A DNA stretch of 64,000 bases, taken from the NCBI GenBank assembly GCA_017403125.1, contig JAFQOR010000013.1:38700-102699 (forward strand), given 5' to 3'. This document shows, piece by piece, positions 42,994-52,526 of the stretch. How positions within the stretch are numbered: position 1 is the stretch's first letter; the number at the start of each line of letters is the position of its first letter. Under the pieces are notes generated by a model that saw only the letters and a program-made list of their open reading frames with translations, had not been told where the DNA came from and did not search any database. This stretch comes from Alistipes sp. GTDB taxonomy: Bacteria; Bacteroidota; Bacteroidia; Bacteroidales; Rikenellaceae. The position numbers and the translations under genes are program-made.

Positions 42994-43148
42994 AATGTTT
43001 TATTATTTTAATGTTAGGAATTTACGGTTTCTACACCACAAAGATAATTAAATTATTTAAGAAATACTATTTTTTTCTGGATATTGACTCACAATTTATT
43101 ATTTTTGCTTACCTTTATGGTGTTAATAGAACCAAAATAGAATTTAGT

Positions 43149-43838
43149 ATGATACGTTTCACACGCATAATAGCATTGGTAATAGCGCTTGTTGTGATAG
43201 CTACGCCTCTCATGGCACAGTCGGTGGCGAATGGTGCAGAGAGCGAGCCTACACCATTTAATGGGCTGATTATAAACAACGAAGGAAAGGGTATCAAGGC
43301 GCGTGTCGAGGTTAAAAACTGCGACAAATTTACGATTTCGGACAAGAGGGGGCGCTTTGGTCTTACCAACATTGAGCCGAACGACACGTTGCTCATAACT
43401 TATAAGAGGATGGCAATGGAGATACCCATCGAGGGTCGGCGCGGTATAAAGATAACTATCAACAACGAGTCCACCTACAACGCCAACGAGGACGAGGAGA
43501 TAGCCAACATCGGCTTTGGATACGTTAAGCGTCGTGAGAGCACTCAATTCACATCGGGAATATCGGGCGACAGACTGCGTGCAACAGGTTGTACGAATGT
43601 CATAGACGCAATAGCCATCTGCTACCCTGCCCTCCAAAAGGTCGGGAACAGCCTCTATCTTCGTGGCTCGAACTCGATATTGGGAACATCGGAGGTGCTG
43701 ATTCTATGCGACGGTGTTGATACCAACATTCACGCCATAAATCTGCATGACGTAGAGAGCGTCGAGATAATCAAGGACTCGAACATCTACGGTTTCCGTG
43801 GCGTAAACGGCGTGGTGCTTATCACGACAAAGAGGTAG
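43149..43838 (+). CDS. Exported SusC-like N-terminal + plug-domain protein with no barrel
   Basis: Signal peptide, CarboxypepD-like domain, IGFGYVKR, plug end YGFRGVNGVVLITTKR-stop. Confidence 0.8.
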   Translation: MIRFTRIIALVIALVVIATPLMAQSVANGAESEPTPFNGLIINNEGKGIKARVEVKNCDKFTISDKRGRFGLTNIEPNDTLLITYKRMAMEIPIEGRRGIKITINNESTYNANEDEEIANIGFGYVKRRESTQFTSGISGDRLRATGCTNVIDAIAICYPALQKVGNSLYLRGSNSILGTSEVLILCDGVDTNIHAINLHDVESVEIIKDSNIYGFRGVNGVVLITTKR

Positions 43839-43926
43839 ATGCTACAATCTTTTAGGCAATAGGGCCGTAATCCAGAAATAAATCGAAAATTTATCCTCGT
43901 AATTTTGGTATTACCGAAATTATGTC

Positions 43927-43934
43927 TATATTTG
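43927..43934 (+). promoter_or_regulatory. -7 promoter element of the thi operon
   Basis: TATATTTG immediately before the riboswitch. Confidence 0.65.
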
Positions 43935-43939
43935 CATAG

Positions 43940-44012
43940 ACAAAGGGGTGCCTTGATTGGCTGAGATTATACCCTCGAACCTGATGCAGTTAGTACTGCC
44001 GTAGGAATTGTG
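43940..44012 (+). ncRNA. TPP riboswitch (compact)
   Basis: GGGGTGCC..GGCTGAGATTATACCCTCGAACCTGATGCAGTTAGTACTGCCGTAGGAA. Confidence 0.95.
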
Positions 44013-44023
44013 GATAATATCAT

Positions 44024-44062
44024 AACGCATACCCCGTAAAAGTGGGTATGCGTTTTCTTTTT
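44024..44062 (+). terminator. Riboswitch-controlled terminator
   Basis: aacgcataccc...gggtatgcgtt followed by ttcttttt. Confidence 0.85.
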
Positions 44063-44099
44063 CAGACACCCCGTTGTAGAACTTTTAATTTAGCACATT

Positions 44100-44987
44100 A
44101 TGAGCCTAAAAGTTAGCAACAACGAGGTTGAACGTATCGACACACACGCTTCACGCAAAAGAGGCTATCGCGTAGTATTATCCATTGCCGGCTCGGATTC
44201 ATCGGGAGGGGCAGGCATACAGGCCGACCTTAAAACACTCTCATCCCTCGGCATTTATGGCGCTACGGCTATCACAGCCATCACCGCACAGAACACCCAA
44301 GGCGTACGCGCCCAATTAGCCATTGCGCCCGAGATGGTATTCGACCAGATTAGCGCCGTAATCGAAGATATTGCTCCCTGCATTATTAAAATAGGTATGC
44401 TCTCAAATACCGAGATTGCAAATGCCGTGGCTGATGCCCTCGAAGAGTATGATGTTCCGATTATTTTAGACCCCGTGATGGTATCGAGCAGCGGACATCG
44501 CCTGCTCTCGGCAGAGGCACAAGAGGTTATCAAACAGCGATTGTTGCCCATGACAAGGCTAATTACCCCAAACATTCCGGAGATGGAGGCACTCGCAGCA
44601 ATGTCGGTATCGACCACCGCGCAGAAGGCACAAGCTGCCAACTACCTAATCTCGCTTGGGGCACAGGCAGTTCTCTTAAAAGGGGGACACGAGGAGGGCG
44701 ACATAAAGAGCGACACTCTTTATCAACATACTTCGCAGGGCACAAAAGTTACCACTTTCACAGCTCCGACCATTGCCACTCACAACATCCATGGCACGGG
44801 TTGCACACTCTCCTCTGCCATAGCTGCCTACATGGCTCACGGCTATGCGTTAGAGGAGGCTGTCGGCATGGCAAAATCCTATATCAACAGGGCTATCGAA
44901 GCGGGAGCAGATATTGCCATAGGCAAGGGCTTTGGCCCGGTAAACCACCTTTATGAACCACTAAAAATGCAAATCTATGAAGAGTGA
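44100..44987 (+). CDS. thiD: HMP/HMP-P kinase
   Basis: SIAGSDSSGGAGIQADLKT, LDPVM, ITPNIPE, HGTGCTLSSAI. Confidence 0.96.
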   Translation: MSLKVSNNEVERIDTHASRKRGYRVVLSIAGSDSSGGAGIQADLKTLSSLGIYGATAITAITAQNTQGVRAQLAIAPEMVFDQISAVIEDIAPCIIKIGMLSNTEIANAVADALEEYDVPIILDPVMVSSSGHRLLSAEAQEVIKQRLLPMTRLITPNIPEMEALAAMSVSTTAQKAQAANYLISLGAQAVLLKGGHEEGDIKSDTLYQHTSQGTKVTTFTAPTIATHNIHGTGCTLSSAIAAYMAHGYALEEAVGMAKSYINRAIEAGADIAIGKGFGPVNHLYEPLKMQIYEE

Positions 44988-45624
44988 TAACTATCGCCTG
45001 CAATTTATTACACACCACACCAACCGTTACGACTACATCGACTCGGCACGATTGGCCTTGGAGGGTGGTTGTCGATGGATACAGCTACGCATGAAGGGTG
45101 CTGATGCAGAGAGCTGGGAGGTGGCAGCACTCGCAGTGCAACGTCTTTGCCGTGACTATGGCGCGACGTTTATCATTGATGATAATGTGGCGCTCGCACA
45201 ACGCATAGGTGCCGATGGAGTACATTTAGGCAAGGAGGATATGCCCATATCGAAGGCGCGGGAGATGCTCGGCAACGAGTATATTATCGGGGCGACGGTC
45301 AATTCGTTTGAGGATATTCTACGACATATTGATAGCTCTACTCCCGACTACTTTGGATGCGGGCCCTTTCGCTTCACCACAACCAAAGAGCGACTTGCAC
45401 CCACGCTCGGTATCGAGGGATATTGCGAGATTATACGCCACATGCGCGAAGCCAAGATAACAACCCCTCTTGTAGCCATCGGTGGCATCACGCGGCATGA
45501 CATTACTGCACTTATGCAATGCCAAGTCGATGGTGTTGCGTTGAGTGGCTCGGTATTAAAGGCTGACAACCCGATAGACGAGATGCAGAACATCGCACAG
45601 ATTATAAAGCAAAACATTAAGTAA
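44977..45624 (+). CDS. thiE: Thiamine-phosphate synthase
   Basis: IQLRMK, IIDD, DGVHLGKED, GPFRFTTTK, AIGGI. Confidence 0.94.
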   Translation: MKSDNYRLQFITHHTNRYDYIDSARLALEGGCRWIQLRMKGADAESWEVAALAVQRLCRDYGATFIIDDNVALAQRIGADGVHLGKEDMPISKAREMLGNEYIIGATVNSFEDILRHIDSSTPDYFGCGPFRFTTTKERLAPTLGIEGYCEIIRHMREAKITTPLVAIGGITRHDITALMQCQVDGVALSGSVLKADNPIDEMQNIAQIIKQNIK

Positions 45625-45637
45625 CAACCAATTATAA

Positions 45638-47233
<1,596 letters not shown>

Positions 47234-47266
47234 ACAAATCAATAACCCCAAAAATAAATTAGCACT

Positions 47267-48037
47267 ATGATTGAAAAAAGAGTTTCAAGAGGTATTATCT
47301 CAACCTATTTCGACAAGTTGGAGAAAAATTTAGAGCTCGATGTAGCTATTGTCGGCGGAGGGCCATCGGGCATTGTCGCAGCCTACTATCTTGCCAAGGC
47401 CGGAATGAGAGTTGCACTATTCGACAGGAAACTTTCGCCCGGAGGAGGCATGTGGGGCGGAGCAATGATGTTTAACCAGATTGTCGTACAGAGGGAGGCT
47501 TTGCACATTGTCGAGGAGTTTGGCATAAACTACGAGAGCTACGAGGATAACCTCTACGTTATGGACTCTGTGGAGAGCACCTCGGCACTGCTCTACAAGG
47601 CGGTACACGAAGGAGCCACCATCTTCAACTGCTACTCGGTAGAGGATGTGATATTCAAGAACAATGTGGTAAGTGGCGTTGTCGTGAATTGGACTCCCGT
47701 ACTGCGCGAGGGGCTGCACGTCGATCCACTTAATATCTTGGCTCGTTGCGTGGTAGATGGCACGGGACACGACAGCGAGATGTGCTGTACCGTAGCTCGC
47801 AAAAATGGCATTAAGCTCGCCACGGACACAGGCGCCGTAATTGGCGAACGCTCGTTGGATGTAGTTTCGGGAGAGCAGGAGGTTGTAAATGGCACGAAGG
47901 AGATATACCCCGGTCTCTACGTATGCGGCATGGCAGCATCGGCTGTGAGCGGCACACCGCGCATGGGACCCATCTTCGGTGGCATGCTTCTATCGGGCAA
48001 GAGAGTTGCCGACCTGATTATCGCAAAGCTTAAATAA
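47267..48037 (+). CDS. thi4: Sulfide-dependent ADP-thiazole synthase (non-Cys Thi4)
   Basis: DVAIVGGGPSG, GGGMWGGAM, GLHVDP, DGTGHD, PRMGPIFGGMLLSG. Confidence 0.93.
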   Translation: MIEKRVSRGIISTYFDKLEKNLELDVAIVGGGPSGIVAAYYLAKAGMRVALFDRKLSPGGGMWGGAMMFNQIVVQREALHIVEEFGINYESYEDNLYVMDSVESTSALLYKAVHEGATIFNCYSVEDVIFKNNVVSGVVVNWTPVLREGLHVDPLNILARCVVDGTGHDSEMCCTVARKNGIKLATDTGAVIGERSLDVVSGEQEVVNGTKEIYPGLYVCGMAASAVSGTPRMGPIFGGMLLSGKRVADLIIAKLK

Positions 48038-48044
48038 GGAGACG

Positions 48045-48581
48045 ATGCGTATAATCGCAATAACACTACCCCATGCTATCGACAACGAAGTCGCCACCAT
48101 CCGGCGACTTCTTGCCGACGGCATCGACATCCTACACCTCAGAAAGCCCGAGGCGGGAATCGAGTATTGCCGACATCTTCTCGAACAACTTTCGCCTACG
48201 CAGAGGTCGAAAATAGTTATCCACGACTACTACGAACTCTATGCGTATTATGCTCTGCGTGGCGTTCATATAAACAGAAACATCACACATCTTCCCGAGA
48301 GCTACCACGGCTCGCGCACCCGTTCGTGCCACTCGTTCGAGGAGGTCGTACGATACAAGGATAGGTACGACTACCTCTTTTTAAGCCCGATTTTCGATAG
48401 CATTTCGAAGTGGGGCTACACGTCGGCGTTCACCCACGACGAATTACACGAAGCTGCATGCAAGGGCATCATCGATGATAAGGTCGTAGCACTCGGAGGT
48501 GTTACGCCCGACAAAATTGCCTACCTTGAATCGTTGCACTTTGGTGGCGCTGCCATGTCGGGAGCACTATTCCGTGACTAA
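48045..48581 (+). CDS. ThiE-like / TenI-like protein
   Basis: LHLRKP, SCHSFEE, DYLFLSPIFDSISK, ALGGV. Confidence 0.8.
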   Translation: MRIIAITLPHAIDNEVATIRRLLADGIDILHLRKPEAGIEYCRHLLEQLSPTQRSKIVIHDYYELYAYYALRGVHINRNITHLPESYHGSRTRSCHSFEEVVRYKDRYDYLFLSPIFDSISKWGYTSAFTHDELHEAACKGIIDDKVVALGGVTPDKIAYLESLHFGGAAMSGALFRD

Positions 48582-48752
48582 CGAAAATAGCAAAATAGCA
48601 TGCCTGCGCCCAATATTAGTTTAGCTTATCACACTATATGAAATAAGTATAGAATAGATGGTGCAAATCGCGGATTTTGCACTATATTTGCACCGTGCGA
48701 AATGGTCAAACACATTACTAATTTAACCTTAACCGCAAGCATATAACAAGCA

Positions 48753-48968
48753 ATGGCACCACGAATTGAGGAATCGACACCCGAGCAGCGCAGAGCCTAC
48801 GTAGAGAGTGAGTGGAGGTGCACCCACAACTGCGAATGGTGTGGCAAGTGCGCGATACTCAAAGGTCGCGATGTCGAAGCAATATATGCCGACTATATCG
48901 ATGGCAAAAGGTCCTACATGACCGTTACGCAGGAGCTACGCGAGAGCAACTATTATAGAAACATATAA
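48753..48968 (+). CDS. Small Cys-cluster protein (CX3CX2CX2C)
   Basis: CTHNCEWCGKC; TATATTTG promoter element about 60 nt upstream. Confidence 0.7.
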   Translation: MAPRIEESTPEQRRAYVESEWRCTHNCEWCGKCAILKGRDVEAIYADYIDGKRSYMTVTQELRESNYYRNI

Positions 48969-48980
48969 AAATTAGAAACT

Positions 48981-49160
48981 ATGGAGACAAAGGAGAGAGT
49001 ATTGCAGACAATGAAGGAGGCAGGTGAGCCTATGAACGCAGGCAAGATTGCAGAGTTGAGCGGCATAGACCGCAAAGAGGTTGATAAGGCTATGAAGCAG
49101 CTAAAAGATGAGGGTGCAATCGTATCGCCCGTACGCTGCAAGTGGGAACCCGCGAAGTAG
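48981..49160 (+). CDS. 59-aa winged-helix DNA-binding protein (missing from the ORF track)
   Basis: Hand translation: [59 protein letters not shown]; AT-rich leader. Confidence 0.85.
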   Translation: METKERVLQTMKEAGEPMNAGKIAELSGIDRKEVDKAMKQLKDEGAIVSPVRCKWEPAK

Positions 49161-49250
49161 TGCCAATGGTTGTCGAGTGTATAGATTCGAAGTAATCCGC
49201 ATCCACACACGCGCACAGTCTTGACAACCAACATCTTATAAATACTACAC

Positions 49251-49295
49251 AATGGGCAGCAAAGCATATACAGATGCCTCGCTGCCCATTATTTC
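49251..49295 (+). terminator. Terminator after the small gene pair
   Basis: aatgggcagc...gctgcccatt followed by atttc. Confidence 0.65.
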
Positions 49296-49530
49296 ATTAC
49301 CGAATTTGGCAACTCCACGGCATAGCCATGCTACGAGCGCCAATCAACATCTCGACCACCGCGACTAACTCTTCATCGAGGGCGAGTATGTCGTATCCCC
49401 AAAGTAGGCATCGTCGGCACCTGCCTCATTAGAGGCAAAGCCTCATTACCACAACGCCCCTCACTATGCATAATCGGTGAGAATAGATATACGCTTACTC
49501 AATTTGTAGTCAGCTTGATAAGGTTTGGAG

Positions 49531-49588
49531 CCGGTTAGTGAGACTAACCAACTTACTGCTTTATCCAACCGGTTAGTGTGGCTAACCA
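49531..49588. repeat. Two tandem palindromic 20-mers, 38 bp apart
   Basis: CCGGTTAGTGAGACTAACCA (49531) and CCGGTTAGTGTGGCTAACCA (49569). Confidence 0.85.
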
Positions 49589-49601
49589 CTTCAAAGGCTA
49601 T

Positions 49602-49640
49602 AAAATAACAACTCGTGAGGATTGCTCACGAGTTGTTTAG
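49602..49640 (-). terminator. Terminator of the MTase-nuclease operon
   Basis: aacaactcgtgag...ctcacgagttgtt with an A run on the left (U tail on the minus strand). Confidence 0.8.
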
Positions 49641-49641
49641 T

Positions 49642-51120
49642 TTATCCATATAATTCTCTAGATAAGGCGTTATTGCTAATAATTGATAGCGCATTTGATT
49701 CTAAATACAACAAATCCATATTCAGATGATTTGTAATAAATGGCACAGTCCAATCACTTTTTGGAATAGTTGCAGTAAATGCTAATCCAAGCCGTCCTCT
49801 AATATCACTTCCTTGATGCATAAAGTAATCATATTGATTAACTTGACCAATTGCAGTTCTTAATCTAGCGATGAAATTTGATGGTGTAATGCTCTTTACT
49901 TCTACAATAAACTCTGAATCCTTAAATTTAACAAAAAGATCAACCGTTTTTGAATCATAATATACATCGGCTCCTTTATCGACGCATCTGTTAGCAATAA
50001 TATTTACCATATTATCATGTAGCTTGTACCCCTCTCTTGATTTCTTGTAGTCATAAATTGACACTATTTGTTTATGGTTATTATTATCTATTTCGCGCAA
50101 TGGTTTAAATGGATGAAGTACAATATCTCTCGGCTCATCGATTGGATCTCTTTGAGTAGATATATCATTGTCTTCAATATGGTTTGAAGATGGCATTTCT
50201 TGATCTGGGATCCACTTGGTGCCCAGATCTATGTTGCCATAAAAATCAAACCAACTAAATTTTAAGTCGCGAGAATTAGTAAACACCCAAAATGACTCTG
50301 GTTTACATAGGTGATCACAAATAGCATTAACTTCTTCAGCATGGTCTATTGAGTACTGAGATAATGCGATAAACGAATTTCTATTGCTGTCACTATAAAA
50401 TAACGGAGTTTGATTTAGTATTTTAATCCAATCCTGCATATTTCTTCGAGCTCGATGCAACGGCTCTAAACGAAAAGAAGTATGTCTAGCATTAATAATA
50501 CATTCAATACATAGAGACACATCACTATTTTTAAGACACCTAACCAGGTATGTTTGCATCTCATCGATAGTTATTCTCGCATCTTCTCCTTGTAGATACA
50601 AACCATATAGAGTTTGCCATATGGCAACAACGGGTCTAATTAGAATACCCATACTAGCCTGCATTTCTGCGAATGTATTAAAATCATAAGAACGATGAAA
50701 ACTATCCTCATACGAACGCTTTAATGACGGACTAGATTGTGTTTTATGTCCATTAGGATATTGATATCTTAAAGCTTGTAATGTTATTAATTCCGAGTAT
50801 GAAATTTCACCATCCGCAAAGGCTATCGCAATCGGAGTAAGTATAATTTCATTTCTAGTTATATTAGTAGAATATATCAAACCAAATTCGCTTAAAATTT
50901 GTTGATAATCTCTCCATGCGTCCACCCTTTGACTATCCTCTCTGAAATTTGCAGTTAACAAATTGTTATCAACTAAATATCTGTTTATAGTTTCTGCATC
51001 AGATTGTCCATTACACAGCATACAAGCGGAAATAAGACCTCTAATGATTTCTTCAGAGATCACTCCTGCATGTTGTGTTAATGGCCAAGACAGACCACTA
51101 AATGGGATGTTGGGATACAT
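49642..51120 (-). CDS. Putative restriction endonuclease (AlwI-like N-terminus, C-terminal PD-(D/E)xK)
   Basis: LRYQYPNG and IRP motifs; VDLF...IVEVKS...LRTAIGQVNQY; AT-rich; starts 2 nt after the MTase stop. Confidence 0.65.
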   Translation of the reverse strand: MYPNIPFSGLSWPLTQHAGVISEEIIRGLISACMLCNGQSDAETINRYLVDNNLLTANFREDSQRVDAWRDYQQILSEFGLIYSTNITRNEIILTPIAIAFADGEISYSELITLQALRYQYPNGHKTQSSPSLKRSYEDSFHRSYDFNTFAEMQASMGILIRPVVAIWQTLYGLYLQGEDARITIDEMQTYLVRCLKNSDVSLCIECIINARHTSFRLEPLHRARRNMQDWIKILNQTPLFYSDSNRNSFIALSQYSIDHAEEVNAICDHLCKPESFWVFTNSRDLKFSWFDFYGNIDLGTKWIPDQEMPSSNHIEDNDISTQRDPIDEPRDIVLHPFKPLREIDNNNHKQIVSIYDYKKSREGYKLHDNMVNIIANRCVDKGADVYYDSKTVDLFVKFKDSEFIVEVKSITPSNFIARLRTAIGQVNQYDYFMHQGSDIRGRLGLAFTATIPKSDWTVPFITNHLNMDLLYLESNALSIISNNALSRELYG

Positions 51121-51122
51121 AA

Positions 51123-52154
51123 TTATTGGTTTTCTAAAATTTCTCTAATATTCGAAAAAATCTCGTAAGCCATAAGAACGGGGACAGCATTGCCAACTTG
51201 CCTATATTGGTCTGTTGTAGAGCCACAGAATTCATACCAATCAGGAAAACTCTGCAACCTAGCAGCCTCTCTTACTGTAATTACTCTAGGCTCATATGGG
51301 TGTATGTGAGGTCTACCTCCGCCGGCAGACGAACCAACTAACACAGTACCTGATGGAACATTTGGGTCGATTCGATCCGTGTGATCAGTGCGACATCGTT
51401 GTCCCTGTGGAACTTGTTCATAACGTTCTCTTACCTTTTGGCTATGAACTCTAATTGTATGATTTGGGAGGTCGTTTATATCCTCCAGTGCCCAAGCGCT
51501 TGGAACTCTATGTGGTAAATTACTAGTGAATTTACCACTAGGCTTCGTTGGATATTCAAATTGTGAACAATCAATATCTGGTCTAAAGCCTACGATAATT
51601 ACCCTTTCTCTGGACTGAGGAACTCCATAGTCATATGCGTTACACTTTCTAATAAAGAGTTGATAACCCGTTGTATCCTGCATGTAACGCCACAAATTTT
51701 GAAAATCAGCTCCATTATTAACATTTAACAACCCAGGAACATTCTCAAATACAAATACTTTTGGGCTCATTCCTGCTACCAGCTCTATATACTTTACTGT
51801 TAACTGACCTCTTGGATCTTCTAGTGCACCTCTTCTACCTAGAATACTAAAAGATTGGCATGGAGGACCCGCCATCATTAAGTCCAAATCAGCCTCTCCT
51901 AAAGTAGATATCTCTCGAAGTAATTTAGGAGTTAACAGCATTGCATCTTCAGAATATATTTTAACCTCTGGTAAATTGTGTTTAATCGTTTGAATGAATG
52001 ATGGCTTCACATCGCTAGCTAATAAAGTTTTAAACCTTGCAAGGTAAGCACCTAAATCAAGACCTCCACCGCCACTAAAAAGGCTGATACAGGTTAGGTT
52101 TGTCGGGCGTCTTTTCCCAAACGAGTTTAATCTAGTTAAATATGGATTTGGCAT
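51123..52154 (-). CDS. DNA (cytosine-5) methyltransferase
   Basis: SLFSGGGG, GPPCQSFS, ENV, PQSRER, EAARLQSFPD, YRQVGNAVP. Confidence 0.96.
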   Translation of the reverse strand: MPNPYLTRLNSFGKRRPTNLTCISLFSGGGGLDLGAYLARFKTLLASDVKPSFIQTIKHNLPEVKIYSEDAMLLTPKLLREISTLGEADLDLMMAGPPCQSFSILGRRGALEDPRGQLTVKYIELVAGMSPKVFVFENVPGLLNVNNGADFQNLWRYMQDTTGYQLFIRKCNAYDYGVPQSRERVIIVGFRPDIDCSQFEYPTKPSGKFTSNLPHRVPSAWALEDINDLPNHTIRVHSQKVRERYEQVPQGQRCRTDHTDRIDPNVPSGTVLVGSSAGGGRPHIHPYEPRVITVREAARLQSFPDWYEFCGSTTDQYRQVGNAVPVLMAYEIFSNIREILENQ

Positions 52155-52386
52155 AATTATATTCTACAAATGCTATATGTTAAACTTATTATCATCCTTA
52201 TGGTTGCAAATCTCTACATATTTTTTGACAACTTCTGACAATTGTCAAATTTCTTTGCGGATACAAACCTTGCAACATACAAAAATAATAAAAATTTTCC
52301 AGAGTAAGGGATTCTGGTTAAAAAGTTTGTAAACAATCTTATAAATATAAGGTAACAGTAGTGCTATAACTATGCAATACACAAAC

Positions 52387-52412
52387 AAAAAAAAGACGGC
52401 CGGAGCCGTCTT
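52387..52412 (-). terminator. Terminator downstream of mnmE
   Basis: Minus strand AAGACGGCTCCGGCCGTC followed by a T run. Confidence 0.8.
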
Positions 52413-52526
52413 GACAAAGGTTACTAGATACGAAAAACTTTCGGGATTTATTCGTCTATTTTTGTGGGAAATTCTGTTGCTATTTGTGGGCGTTAGCGTT
52501 TATTAGTGTGCATTAGAGGGCGTTAG

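Larger units (their letters stand above)
49500..52526. mobile_element. AT-rich acquired cassette downstream of mnmE; no integrase seen
   Basis: Spot counts: 15/60 G+C at 49681-49740 versus 36/60 at 29581-29640; RM-type cargo; boundaries approximate. Confidence 0.65.

Noticed and set aside
48660-48694. Invertible promoter
   Set aside because: The inverted repeats are only 17 bp apart and include the -7 box itself, with no recombinase nearby; kept only as a possible operator.
49290-49530. Displaced original mnmE 3' end or integrase remnant
   Set aside because: No match to the mnmE tail and no recognisable protein motif; only short gcctcatta repeats.
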